Notes under the pieces: model-generated
What the model was told of the DNA's origin: nothing
Databases searched by the model: none
Seen by the model: only the letters and a program-made list of their open reading frames with translations
Assembly: GCF_032191835.1 (NCBI RefSeq)
Contig: NC_083228.1
Span: 24,056,001 to 24,120,000, forward strand
Source of the DNA: Heteronotia binoei
Taxonomy: Eukaryota
DNA length: 64,000 bases
Direction of reading: 5' to 3'
Shown here: positions 1-13,389 of the stretch, in pieces
How the letters are laid out: each line of letters begins with the position of its first letter
Position numbering within the stretch: the stretch's first letter is position 1
Made by a program: the position numbers and the translations under genes

Positions 1-26
1 AAGGAGTATGTGAGGAGAAGGTAAGT
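1..26 (+). other. candidate 3' end of a host-gene exon with GTAAGT splice donor
   Basis: AAGGAGTATGTGAGGAGAAG|GTAAGT is a perfect donor consensus. Open frames read GVCEEK or KEYVRR. The protein was not recognised. Confidence 0.4.
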
Positions 27-109
27 GGTCATCTAAAGTAATCTGGATAGAAACGAGAGGACGCTTACTGGGTTCAGCCAATAGTCTCTGCTATCATCTG
101 CCTAGCATG

Positions 110-312
110 TTATTATGCTAACCTTACACCAAAGCGTTCAAGGTGGCATACATGGTTCTATTTTTTTTTTTATTTTACCTTCACAACAACTCTGTGAGAT
201 AGGGTAAATTGAAAAGGCATGAGTTGCCCTAAGCCATGGAAGAATGGAGAATTCAAACTCTGTCTTCCAGACTTCAGATGGATGCTCTAGCCACTGCACC
301 ATATTGACTCTC
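110..312 (-). mobile_element. degraded tRNA-derived SINE (L2-tail/Squam3-like)
   Basis: Resembles the younger SINE copies at 20379 and 46936; ends in CCACTGCACCATATTGACTCTC. Confidence 0.5.
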
Positions 313-449
313 AACCATAACTTGGGATCTTGCATATACATGGTAGGAGACAGAACTTTGCAATAAGAAACAAGGGATATAAAGTAGGAAAGGTAGCATC
401 CATAAGAGTTTGGGCATGGTTCTGGATGCCTCTTTACCTGTGGAGACAT

Positions 450-1150
450 AGGTCACGAATATTGCCAAGCTGGCGTTTCTCCACCTGTGCCAAGTGCAGC
501 AATTAGCCCCTTTCTTGCCATGCCCCAACCTAGCCTTAGTAATCCATGCAGTAGTCACCTCCAAGCTGACCTTGTGAGTGATCCAGAAGCTCCAACCGAT
601 CTAGAATGTGGCAGCACAAGTCCTGACAGGAATGCTACACTGACTCCCAGTAGAGTACCGAGTCAGCTTCAAGGTTTTGGTGTTGACCTTTAAGGCCTTG
701 GTACCCATATATCTTTGGGACCACCTCCTCTAATATGTCCCTGGGAGAATGTTACACTTTGCTGAGAACAATCTACTGCTGATCCTTGGTCCCAAAGATA
801 TCTGGCTGTCCTTGACCAGGGATTTTTCAGCTGTGGCTCCAACCTTGTGGAACTCTCTGCCAAATACTGCCAGGGCCCTGCAGGGATGTTCTGCCAGGCT
901 TTTGGCTGAGGACAGTAACGGTTTCCCATCATGGGTGGCATTCTTTTCCTGTCTTCCATCTTTGTGATTCCTCCTCCTCCTTACACTGCCTGCCACAGTT
1001 TGGAATGGGCTTAAGAACAAATTATTGATGCCATCTGAAGATTATTTTAGGAATCTATTAATTTTAATAATGTTTTGTTTTGATGTTTTAAACTTCTGTT
1101 GTATATCAGCCAGAGCCTCAGGGATTAGATGATTCATAAATTTAAAATAC
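450..1150 (+). mobile_element. degraded L2-clade LINE 3' fragment
   Basis: Broken peptide (AFLHLCQVQQLAPFL..VIHAVVTSKL; FKVLVLTFKAL; FSAVAPTLWNSLP) is homologous to the intact L2 C-terminus at 56234-57052. Confidence 0.7.
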
Positions 1151-2697
1151 CAGTCAATCAATATGCAAAGGCCTGAATGTGAGTTGAAATATGATTATTG
1201 TTAGTTATTCTTCATTACTCTTGATTCTGTTGAATTGTGAGAGGTTTTATTTATTGCGGAGGTTTAAAACCTTCTTAATAGGCCACACTAGAAGCTAAAG
1301 GGGGATCTTGTTAGTTGTGTTCTGCAAAGCTATCTGGGATGATGAATTTTTCAGCATCAGTGTTTCAAAAAGGAATGATGTGGGATCTTCTTGGGAACCA
1401 GAGAGAGATAAAAGTAATTACAAGAAGAGATGCTGAGAATTTCAATGGAAGTTTTGCAGAATGCACATAAAAATAGAAGGGCCAGGACTGGAACAGGCAC
1501 CTTAAACAATATATTTTTTTCTTTTCTAAATTTACATTATTAGATGCACAGTAAACAATAATATTGCCTCCTCACATACATTGGTACAGTGAATGATTAT
1601 TTTTCTTGGCACAGTAATAAGTTTGAATAAGCTCTTCTGCACACAAGACTATCTTTTTCATATTTTAATGTTTTCACAATTAGCTAAGGTGAAAACAAGT
1701 GTAAATATATTTTGTCCTCTGGAATGTGATCTCTGTTAATTTTTGAATTGCCTCTTTTTGGGGAACATATGGGGTGATATATTTGGTTTGTGCTTTTGTA
1801 TTATATTTTAATAGGTTTGGTTTGCTCTGTTGGTCTGAATCATCTGTCCTTTGGCTAGTGTGCAGGATGTAAAAATACAATAATTAATAAAATATAAATA
1901 AATGTGAAGACAACTGCTATCTCATTTAACTGAGGGTGATAGGAATTGAACCTGGGAACTTCTGTATGCAAAACACACCACTGAATCTCAGCATCAGTTA
2001 TGATTTATGACTAAATAATAACAGTATTATTTCAAAGGTGGGTTGGAGTTGATGGGTTTGATATTTTTCTTAGGCTCATCGAGATACCTGGACAAAGGTT
2101 ACAGACCTTCCTTAAGATTTAGATGACTTTCTTAATCTGTGAATTCTATGCTCAGATATGTACTTTGTTAAATAGTAGTTATACCAAAGTGCCAGTTCAA
2201 TATTAACCAACCCTTTAACTATACAAGGATTTTCTAAGTTGCAGGCTGTGCTGTTGTCCATAATGATGCCTATAACTCCTACCTCAGTATCTAATTAAAC
2301 TCTTTGACACTCCATTAGTCTCTGGGTGGTATTTGCTGCAGCTGCATGGAAATTTTTTTTCTCCTGGACTACAAAACCCACAGATTAGTAGAGGAGGGAG
2401 GGAATTATAATGTACCCTGTTTTCAAAATGTAAGATCAGTTCCCAGAGGAAATATCAGCTTGATCAATTTTCCATTAACGGTGACTAGTAGAGGAGGAGA
2501 AAATGTATTTCTGACCTTTATTTCCTACTTCCCAATCGGTTGCAAAGGCTTTGTATAAAAACCAGACTTTCTCTCACTATAATCCTCATAAATAGCCCAC
2601 TAAAAAATTTCTGATGGACAAAATACAACTTTCATTCCATGTATTATTTGTACATGTATTTTACAGGTAGGAAATGGAAATAAACAATGGTCTACTC

Positions 2698-2885
2698 CAG
2701 GGGTCATTTTGTAGAAAAATAGGTGGTGGAGCTCATCCAAGGATCGTTATGCAGCTGCACATACTATTCAATGGACAAGGAGGAGGAACTCTCAGAAAAA
2801 GGTGGAACTCTCAGAAGGAGGTGGAACTCTCAGAAAGGTTCAGGAGCTGTGCTGCTGTGAGCTCTCCCTCTGAATCCGAGGCCTG
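2698..2885. mobile_element. hAT-type MITE
   Basis: CAGG...CCTG termini and an 8-bp TSD GTCTACTC (2690-2697 / 2886-2893). A second copy lies at 6287. Confidence 0.85.
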
Positions 2886-3769
2886 GTCTACTCACTGTAG
2901 TCCAACACACCTGTAAGTGAGCTGAGATTTGAACATAGATGGCCAGTTTCAGTTATCAGAGGTCATAGGAACTGTATCTTCTTTTTCTAACTAGGTTAAA
3001 ACCCGAAGGGATTGAAAGGTCATCACCAGACTGAGGTAGAATCACATCTTGTACAGCATCAGGCCAGAGAACAAACAGTTCACATTAACATTTGAATCAT
3101 GAATTAATCCTCTTGGAGGTGTGAGACCACTCAGGCAAACTGCCCCTATATGCTGTCTTTTAGTCTCTTGGCTCTTCCTGCACTGATCATCCATCTTCCT
3201 GAGTCAAGAATACATGCCATACACTCTGTGCCATCTGAGCAAGTAAGTCAGTGGCAACAGAGGGATAATGAGTACTCAAAGACCCATTGTGTCATCACAC
3301 CAGGAACAGAGTAAGAAGAAAAAAGGAGAAGGAGGAAAGAATAAGAAATGTTATACAAGACCATCATGAGTGAAGTTTGAGGACACTCATGGACTGACAT
3401 ACTAATAGGGGACAGGTTTTGAAAACCCTAGAAAGAAATATAGGGCAATTACCAATACTTTTAATGGGCAAAGAATATCTTATTATTCAGCATCTTTAGT
3501 GCCCTAAATGAAATACCCAAAATAAGTTACATCCAATGGGAAGAAAAAATGGGGTGAATCTATCTCTGAATACTGATGTCAAAATGTGAAGGAAATATCT
3601 CCCAGACTGCAGTCATAAACAGATTTATACCCTTCTAAAGTCAAGAGTAGAACTTTGCTTAGAATTGCACTACACATGCCATATTTCTACCTTTGCTGAT
3701 AAAATAGGTTTGTTTGGTTTTTTGTGTATGATAGTGGTGGTTATGCCAACTGTGTCAGAACTTCCCTGT

Positions 3770-3960
3770 AGTAGGACTAGAACTCAGTTATAGAGTACAT
3801 GTTCTTCATGCAGAAGATTCAGTCTCTTTCATTTCCACTTGTAAAAGGATCTTGGCTAGCAGGACTGGAAGAAATCTGTAGCCTGAGACCTTAGGTTGAG
3901 TAGATACTACTCATGAGATGAGGCAACAGTCTGCCTCAGTATAAGGCAATTTCATATTTC
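3770..3960 (+). mobile_element. degraded tRNA-head SINE
   Basis: tRNA-like head (CTCAGTTATAGAGTACATG..CATGCAGAAG), similar to the copy at 47930-48125. Confidence 0.5.
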
Positions 3961-6286
3961 ATACCATGTAATGATTGTGCAAAATTATCTGTTGAAGCAA
4001 GTAGGTAGTAGCCAGGATGGAGAGACAGTACATTGGAGCTGGAGGAAAAAAACATTGCCGGAATGATTTTTAAGTTTCTTGCTTGCAAATCCTGATGACC
4101 TCCAATTTTATCTAAATGTTTAAAAACTTGGTGAATATTTAGTATCAACATGAGATGTGCCGTTCTATTTTGCCTTTGATTTTATGATCTGAGATTTAAT
4201 GTTGATAAACTTAATGCAGGCATTTAGTGTTTGTTAGCTGACCAGCAAGGCTGTTTATCATGTTCTCTGTAGTTTCCAGATGACATGCAATGATGCATGC
4301 CTTTTTATTTTATACAAGAGCATTTGCTGTTTTATAGAACTTGACAGCTGGCATGCAGTGGTATTTGATATCTGTTATCCATGCATGGACTACTGACCGT
4401 TATTTGATAGTTGACATATTATGGCACTGGATGTTTAACACCTGTCTAAAATCAAATCAAATCAAGACTGCCAACAATTCTAAAGTACTCATATTTGATT
4501 TTTTTTTTTAAAAGAACGATGACAACTTCAAATTCTGAATTTGAAATGTGGCAACATCTCAAACACAGCATTTTAAAAATGGATTTAGGAATCTTTTTGC
4601 CTGAATGGTAACTCCTTAGTAGCACCAAGCAGCAGCCCCTTTTTCCTAGACTCTGCTGTATATCAGGGGTTGCTGGGCGGAAGATATAATTCCTGGCCAC
4701 ATCCTGTTGACTTGATATAATTCCTGGCCACATAAACACAAACAAAGCAAGGCTTCACTGGTTTTTATCTGATAATAAATTCTAAGATCACATGTGAAGT
4801 TGCTAAGTTTTGTGCATTAATTCACAAATTATGGCAACTGTACCTGAAGAGTTCGTAAAATTTTTATCATTGTATTACTATTGTATTTTATGCCCGTTTG
4901 AATTGTATGGTGGTCTAAAGACCATAATAAATAACAACAACTACTACATCCTGTTCCCTCATGGATTGGGTGGTCCTTGTTTAGCATGGGTGTCAAGTCC
5001 CTTTGGGGAACTTGCTCCCATCACTGTGGCTCAGAGGGAGACGGAAAGCAGGCAAGTAAACAGCGCTGCCTGATGCTAGTTGATGCAAAGCCACTTGCTC
5101 ATTGAACTGAATAACTGAGCCAATGATTCCAAGGCCTAGTTGGCCCTCCTTGATTGCTTACTTTCCTCCCTGACTTTCCCCCCTCTGAGTTCCAGTAGCA
5201 GCTGCTTTTAGCTGCCATAGCTTTTAATACAATTGGATAAGTAATTGTAGGGGCAACGGCCATATGCCTTCTGCTGTATAGCAGAGGATGGGAAGGGGAG
5301 GACCCATACATTGGCATATTGGATAGCATCATCCACATCCATGGATGGGTAAGAGTGTCCTGTAGAGGGGGGATCCTACCCAACTAGTACGACAAATGCA
5401 CAGAGTGAGGGGAAAGATGGTTATAACAACAGACTTTGGGTCATCAGTGGACCATCATGGGCTTCAGCATCTGCCAACAATACCTACCTACCTACCATCT
5501 ATCATCTATTCATCCCTCCCTCCATCTATTTTTATCCTACCTATTTCCCAAGGAACTCACAGTGCCCCCTGAGGTAGGCTTAGAGAGAGCGTTGTTCACC
5601 CAATATTACCCTTTGATGCCAGCCCTGGCCATGTTTAGGGTCTATTAAGATTTAAACAATAATTCTTTACTTTAATTGATTTGATCTGTGTTCAGAGAGC
5701 CATGTAACCCATCCCATGCATCTGTACCCAGAAGTCCCACCAAATACCCTGAAGTTGTAGCCAAAATAAATATGCATCCAGTGTTGTTGCTACCACATGA
5801 AAATCAGCAGGAACAACAGATCCTTCATATCTGCTAGAACATTGAGTTGGGTGAAATAAATCAATTCACCGAAAAAGCTGTTTTGCAGGAGAAGGTTGAT
5901 TATAATGTTTAGCTCAATTGCTAGGCAATTTGCACTAGGCATCCACAGATGCAGACTATGCTGTAGTGAAGGCTGACACCAGTGGGTAATGGTGTGAGAA
6001 AAGGGCATCCTCTGCTCACTTTGCAAAATGGCTGGGGAAATGGACGATGACAGAAACCACAGCTAGAGCATTTATTTCTGCTGTTGTAATTTTCTTCAGC
6101 TCATTTGCAAGCCTGATTTGTGAGGCTACAATAAGAATATTGTACACAATTGTACTAGAAATTCAGTAATGTGCAGGTTGAGAGTCAGAAAAAATGAACC
6201 TTATCCACTGTTGCCATTTACTCAAGTTGCTGCTGCATTAAGCCATTTACCTTCCTGCAGAGAATAAATACATATTCCCCCATAAC

Positions 6287-6456
6287 CAGGGGTCATTTTG
6301 TAGAAAAATAGGTGGTGGAGCTCATCCAGGGATTGTTATGCAGCTGCACATACTATTCAATGGACAAGGAGGTGGAACTCTCAGAAAGAGAAGTTGGAAC
6401 TCTCAGAAAGGTTCAGGAGCTGTGCTCCTGTGAGCTCCCACTGAATCTGAGGCCTG
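6287..6456. mobile_element. hAT-type MITE (same family as 2698-2885)
   Basis: Near-identical sequence to the 2698 copy; 8-bp TSD CCCATAAC (6279-6286 / 6457-6464). Confidence 0.85.
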
Positions 6457-6851
6457 CCCATAACATTCACTGAAGAGCACCGGTGGGAAACAACTCTTAT
6501 AACCTTGCAAGAACATTCAGAAAGGGAGAGAAAAGCATTTAAAAAAGATAAAACCCTGCAGATTATTTTGGGAGAAAATTAGGCATTTTCTGATTTTGTG
6601 ATGAAACAATCCATTATATCTGTGTTGATTGTACAATGTCTAGTTTTTATGCACAAGTGTAATAATGTGAGAGTCCATGTGGTGTTGCGGTTTGAGTGCC
6701 AAGCTAGGATCTGGGAGACCCAGGTATGAATCCCTGCTCTGCCATGGAAACTTGCTTAAGTGACTTTGGAGCAGTCACACACATGCTCAACTTAAGCTGC
6801 CTCATAGGGTTCTGGTGAGGATAAAATGAAAGAGAGGAGAATCATATAAGC

Positions 6852-7678
6852 CAGGGGTGTCAAACTGAAAATGAAATTGCTGAGCAGTCGGGTTAGAACG
6901 GATAAAAGGAGGTACTTCTTCACCCAAAGGGTGATTAACATGTGGAATTCACTGCCATAGGAGGTAGTACCAGCTTCAAGAGGGGGTTAGATAAAAATAT
7001 GGAGCAGAGGTCCATCAGTGGCTATTAGCCACAGTGTGTATATATATGTATATACATATATATATAAATTATTGGCCACTGTGTGCTACAGAGTGTTGGA
7101 CTGGATAGGCCGTTGGCCTGATCCAACATGGCTTCTCTTATGTTCTTAAACACATTTGTTATAAGGGCCGAATCTGACATAAATGAGACCTTGTCGGGCC
7201 GAGCCATGTGTGTAGCAGAGATACAAACTTTATAAAGGACACAGACAAACACAAAATATTTTTTTTAAAAAGACAACCTTTAAACATCCTTAAAATATTA
7301 GCACTTGATCTTAGAGGTGCTTTCTTTTAATTTCTCCCAGGGAACTGGGGAAAGGAAGCTCTGGCTCTTTCCTTCCTTCCCCAGGGAACCAGGAGGGGGA
7401 GGAGCCTCAACTAACAGAAGGAAGAGAGGCTTGGCTCAGTAGGTCTGTTGTGTGATTAAGAGAGCCTGGCAAAGCAAACTATCCCTCCTCCCCAAGGCAG
7501 GAGCCTCAGTCAGTGGAGAAAATAGAGGTTTTGCTCTGTAGCTCTTGTGCTATTGAGCAAGCCTGGCAAAGCAAGCTGTGATGCAGAAGGAAGCAGATGA
7601 CAGCCAGTTGCTCAGGGGCCTGATAGGAGCCCTCCAGGGGCCTGGTTCAGCCCATAGGCCGCACATTTGACACCTTTG
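6852..7678. mobile_element. hAT non-autonomous element (CAGGGGTGTCAAAC TIR) carrying a CR1 3' fragment
   Basis: TIRs CAGGGGTGTCAAA / TTTGACACCTTTG; related to the 25941-26332 element. The TSD is degenerate. Confidence 0.7.
6870..7148 (+). mobile_element. 5'-truncated CR1 3' end
   Basis: Matches the reverse complement of 33315-33600 and ends CATGGCTTCTCTTATGTTCTTA. Confidence 0.85.
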
Positions 7679-9789
7679 ATAAACTACTTTGGGTCCCTAT
7701 TGGAGAGAAAAGGAGGATACAAAAAAAAAGAATAATATTTGCTGATAACTTTCGTCTGGTGTGTTTTGTGCATTTTCCACCACCAGATTGTTTTCTCATC
7801 TTAGTGTGGAGAAAGGAGAATACACATAAAGGAAACCAGATTTCTGAAAGTTATTTGCTCATTCAGAACCACTGCTTATCATTTTTAAAAAGCCTGTGGT
7901 TTGCATGCACAAGAATGTTTTGATGTCTGAGGATGAGCTGAACGAGGCACCTAGTTTTCAATAGCCAATGAGATGCCTCTAGGAAGGTAGACTGCATCTG
8001 TACGTGGAGGTTCCATATAGCTGATAGTAGCTGCTACACTTCTTTCCAAATTTCTTGAATCCTTGCCTGAGCCATTGGGGGGAGGGATGCGGAATTACTG
8101 GTGTCTTACTTGTGATTGACATGGCCTGGCTCCGCAACAAAACAGGTTACTTGTTTTTTCTTTATATTGCAATTGTCAAATTTGTTTGAAAAAAATTCTA
8201 CAATTTGAGTGGTTTTGAGTGATCCAAACATTCGAAGGGAATGAGGAGGCACTGGGCTATTGAGCTACTGAGCTGTAGAGAGGCCAGCAGTGGTAAGGAG
8301 CACTGTCTGCCCTCTTCTCTTGGACAAGTAAGGAGCTGCTGCTCTCCATGGTGGTTGTGCCAAGAGGTGACAGGCCTGGCTGGGCACAGTCCTCTGAGGT
8401 GACCCAATCCTTGCACTGTCCAAAGAGAGAAGGTACACTTGGTCAGGAAGGGCAGTAGAGGCAAATTGTCCTAGGACAGAGATGACATGGTGGGCCCTTC
8501 TAGAGCATTGTTTCCCAACCTGTGTGTCAGGATCCTAAAGTGAGTCAGGATCCTAAAGTGAGTCGCAAAGCCAAGATCTGACCCTGGAAACAGTATCTTC
8601 CATGTCATACATTAGTGGGTATTCTTTTCTTCACTGCATTGTTGATCAAGTAAAACATGTATTGATGATTACTAGAGTGAATGTCTTAGAATCTGAGGAA
8701 GAATAAGAGGGAGTAATGAAGGAGGAGGAGTGGTCAAAGGCAGGAAGTAACCTCATATACAAAGGCTGAGTATGTCGGAATGCTACTTGCTTAGGATTCA
8801 TAGTGGGGGCAGCTGCACCCATCGTGTGAGATTTTGTAGGTTTCTCAAAAACATTTGGTTAGCCATTGTAGAAAGTGGAGTGGTGAGCTGGATGGATGCC
8901 AGAGTCATAGTTTGCTTTGGATCCTCCAAAAAATCAGGCCAGCCTTGGATGGGTCACCATACAAAGCAATTTGGACTTGTGGGTCACTGTACTGAAAAAG
9001 TTGGGAAATGCTGTTCTAGAGCATTGGGGAAGGTACCTGAAATCGGCAGTCCCTCACACTGGCTAGGCTATGCATTCACAGCTGAAACTTTAAAACCCTG
9101 TTTCTGTGCTGTTCAAAAAAGAGCAAATAGTGCCCTCTGTGATCTGTAGACCTAAACAATAGTCTTGTACAGCATCAGGCCAAAGAACAAACAGTTTACA
9201 TTAACATTTGAATAATGAATTAATCTGACAGAATCAATGTTTGTGGACATGCTGGGAAGACAGAGAGGAGATTAAATTAATCCTATAAATTTTTCATGAT
9301 GAAATATACTCAGCACTGTGACGTTCATTATTTGCCAGTCTTTTTGAGTACCAGAACCGAAATATCGATCCAAGTCAATATGGCTGGGAAGCTCATAAAT
9401 AGTAGTCACTTTTAAAAACTGAACAAGAGAAAGTGGGGGTGAGGGGAAGGAACGCACTGTATGTGCACAAAAAGTGGAACTGGAATCAAAACTGCATTTT
9501 GAATCAACGTATTGCTTCCTCTGACATACACTTACAGTTACACAGAGGACAGAAAATAAATGGAGAGCACTATTTTTGACACAACATTTCTGAATGGCAG
9601 TACAAAGTTTCCCATTTTAACTATCCCTTATTTGAGTGAAACAGATACAACATTAAACAGAACTCCACCAGTCCTTCACTTGCATGGGCCTTGCTTTGCA
9701 GTTTGCCTCAGATTAATACATATAAACCAGTCAGATGCTGGTTCAGGCATCCACTTTTATTAAAAATACAGATCTGAGTAATATATTGT

Positions 9790-11030
9790 CACTCCACCAC
9801 AACCTGTCTGCCAGTGTTGATACAGCATGTGAACTCAAGGCTCCTTGGCCATCTTTGGATTCTGTATTTGACAACTTTGACTGACACTCCTAGGCTGACA
9901 TTGACAGAATCCTGGATGTTGTTAAAAAGCCAGTCGCTTGTCTCTTGGGCCCATGCCCATGATTGCTACTGAAAGCCAGCAGTGAGGGAATACAACCCCA
10001 CTGGAAGAAATTATCAATCTGTCCCTAAATTCAGGGGTTGATCCAGGGGAATTAAAAGAGGCTGTGGTAACACTGCACTTAAAGAAATCAACTTTGGATC
10101 CATTAGATCCTGCCAATTATCACCCAGTCTTGAATCTTTTGTTTCTGGCAAGGTAATTGAGAGAGCAGTGGCAGAACAGTTCCAGAGATTCCTGAAAGAT
10201 ACAGAGGCCCTGGACACATTCCAGTCTTGCTTCTGCCTTGGTCATGGGACTGAGACAGTGCTGGTCACCCTCACAGGCAGTTTTCTCAGGCAGTTGAATT
10301 GAGGCAGGTCAGCACTGCTGTTATTTTAAGATGTAATAGCAGTGTTTGATATGGTTGGCCACAATCTGTTGACCCCACTGCCTCACTGACATAGAAATTT
10401 GAGTGGTGGCCTTGAAGTGGCTGGATACCACTGGCTGGATATTACACAATCCATATTGGTTGAAGGGTTGGAGGCCATGTTGGGATAGTTGAGGCAGAGC
10501 TGACTGAAACTGAATCCTTCAGAGACAGAGGTTCTGTGGCTGGCTGGATTTCTGGGCCGGGGTAGCAACTCCCAGCTCTGGATGACATGCCTCTGACACC
10601 AGTACCTACTGCCATTAGTCTGGGTGTGCTCCTCGATGCCTCCTTTTCAATGTGGCCAGCCTGGCAGTTCTCCAGCTATGCCAGATCAGGCAACCAGTCC
10701 ACTACCTGTTTCACTTTGACCTACCCATAGTAATCCATGTAACCGTCACCCTCAGGCTAGTTACTGTAACTGGCTCTACACAGGGCTACCTTTGAGGCTG
10801 ACCTGGAAATTACAACTGGTCCAGAATGCAGCAGCCTGGGTCCTTACTGAAACTCCACCAACAGCATATATCCAACCAATCCCTGGTCTGAGGATATCTG
10901 GATGTCCTCGATCCAGTAACCTCTCTGCCCAGGACCTCTCTGCCCAGTAACATCCATGCCCTGTGGGACCTAACTCAGTTCCACAGAGCCTGCAAGACAG
11001 AGATTTTTCACCAGGCCATTGCTTGAGGGC
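9790..11030 (+). mobile_element. degraded L2-clade LINE RT/3' region
   Basis: Interrupted RT motifs (NYHPVLNLLFLARVIERAVAEQFQRFL..ALDTFQS..GHGTETVLV) and L2 C-terminal motifs. Confidence 0.75.
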
Positions 11031-11510
11031 CTGTACAAAAGCGAAAAGCTCATGGCTAATTACTGCAAAATGTATAAACTGTACTAGAAAATGCTGAATA
11101 AAACGCTTATGAAAAAGTTATTGTCACCGAATCATTATATACTGTACGTGTACACCTTAGTGCAAGTTACATACGACCCTAATCAAAGTTCACAAAAGAG
11201 CTATTAAAAATAGTAAAGAGCCTTTCCGTGTGGGACTTTTGGACCAAGTGTATTTTGAATCCACATGAGCAACAGAAGATAGAGCATGGCTCCTTACTAT
11301 TTTTAATAGCTCTTTTGTGGACTTTGATTAGGGTCGTATGTAAGTTGCACTTAGGTTTGTTTGTTCGAGTCAGCATTGAATACTACTGTCTGTGTACAGT
11401 ATATAATGATTCCATGACAAGAACTTTTTCATAAGCATTTTATTCAACATTTCCTAATACAGTTTATACATTTTGCAGTAATTAGCTATGAGCTTTTCGG
11501 TTTTGTACAG
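11031..11510. mobile_element. foldback/MITE with about 190-bp terminal inverted repeats
   Basis: 11031-~11215 (CTGTACAAAAGCGAAAAGCTCATGGCTAATTACTGC...) is the reverse complement of ~11290-11510, apart from an indel of about 35 bp. Confidence 0.8.
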
Positions 11511-12084
11511 TGTCTCATTACTTTGCTTTTTCTTGTGTATTGGTTCAATGCTTGAGGGAAGCAATAGTTTAATGTTGAGCCTGGCCTGCTTCATCTCTCC
11601 ACTCCTCCAAGGAGTAGGACATGTATGGTTCAAATGCCATCTGAAATAGTTGATTTTATTGTTGTTTTAAATTTTTAATCTCTTTGTATAACTGTCTTTA
11701 TTGAAATGCTATGATGTATTCACTGAATGTTGTAAACCATCCTGAGCGCTATCTGGTGGAGGGAGATCTAGAAATCCAATGAATGAATGAATGAATGAAT
11801 GTCCATGTATTAAAATATGTTTAAAGTTTTTAATCCCTTTAAACCATAGTGGAATAGATCAGAGGAGTATTGTTGGTACAAGTACGTGATCTCCACAGTT
11901 GGTATTTTCCTTATTCAAATTGAGCTGTTGGAAGGTTGCATACCTGGGTGATTCAAATCTGTGCCTTGGATAGAAAAGGGTGCTTTTATACCAAGCACAC
12001 CTTCAAACTGTCTTGCATGCTTTTTTTTTTTTCTTTTTTAAAAGTCTAAACTAACTTTGTTTTTTCTATCCCTTTTTTGTTCAG

Positions 12085-12136
12085 ATTATTTCATAGATTG
12101 TTTCTCTGATTCAAGTGAAAACATTGTTTCATTTGG
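12085..12136 (+). other. candidate small host exon
   Basis: Polypyrimidine tract with TTCAG acceptor (alternative CATAG at 12096) and GG|GTAAGT donor. The open frame reads YFIDCFSDSSENIVSFG. Confidence 0.35.
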
Positions 12137-13389
12137 GTAAGTCTTCCCCTTGCATTCACTATTTTATTTTCCTTGGAGAAGATAGAGATAGTGATAGGAA
12201 TAGGAATTCATAATAGTTTTCAATTTGTGGATAAAAACTTAGAAACAGATTTCCTAGTTTTTGAACTGCCAGTTGTATTTTACCAAAGCTTTTGAATATT
12301 TTATCTGCTCTGCACATACATTCCACACAATATAAATAATCCTGAATAATCAGTGTATCGGGTGAAGTTATGTCACAAACTATCAGTTGCATATTTTACA
12401 AGAATTTTGCTGAAACCCTCTGGAACTGCTCTATAATTAATCATGGGTACAGTGTCTTGGGAACAGCAGCCTGAATGCTTTGTCAGTGTAAATGACCAAA
12501 CTGACAGTCAGCTGATTCATGCATATTTTTGGTTTTATAATGCCTTTTAGCTCAGATTAATTATTTTGATTGATTTATAGGCAATGTTCTTTTATTAAAT
12601 AGCTCTGAGTTTATGCATAACAAAAATGCAAACAAGATTTGACCTCTAACATTTCAGTCATTGAGACCTCAGTTTAGACTAAAGAATAAGCACTGTCCTA
12701 GCCTACATTGTGAGGCCTCCCCACCTAATTAATTCCTGGGGCCGGCCCTGCCACTAGGCAAACTAGTATCCCAACCCTTCTCAGTATTTTTAGTATGTGA
12801 TCTTTAAGGTTTCTTTTAAAGATGACTTAGGATATTTATGATTTTATCCTTTCAATCTGGTGTCTTTTATTGCTGATTTTAAAACTTCAAACAGTTCCTT
12901 GGGTCAAATTCCATTCCAAGGTCTTCTCACAAGGAGTTTGACGGAATCTGAGACTCAAACTTGGTATGTAAGTGCCTGGATATCTTTGCTACACTTAGAA
13001 ATGAGCCAGGCACTTAAAGATCTATTTCTAAACGCTTGGATTGAGTCTCAGAGGCCAAGGAGATACATTTCAAGGCTTTCATAAGAAAGCTAGGCACTTA
13101 GAGAACCATTGCTAAGTGCCCCCGTTAAATCCTGAACAGAGAAGAGGGATCAAACACTAAATGGGGGTGGAATTTCAGGAATCAGTTAATCCCTTATAAT
13201 TCCCTGCTCTCCCCCTGGATTGCTTATTAAAATAGGTATGCTCTGCTACTTTCCAGTCCTCTGGTAAGGAGACAAATTTTAGTAAGATACATATCAATGT
13301 TTCCACACTTTAGTTCTTTAAGACCCCTCAAGTATATGCCATTTGGACCCTGTGACATATTAATTTTTAACATTCAAGTGAACCCTCCC

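Larger units (their letters stand above)
6669..7735 (+). mobile_element. Squam3-like SINE split by a hAT MITE
   Basis: tRNA head 6669-6851 (TGTGGTGTTGCGGTTTGAG..GTATGAATCCC). The SINE tail resumes at about 7679 (CTTTGGGTCCCTATTGGAGAGAAAAG..A-rich). Confidence 0.65.
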
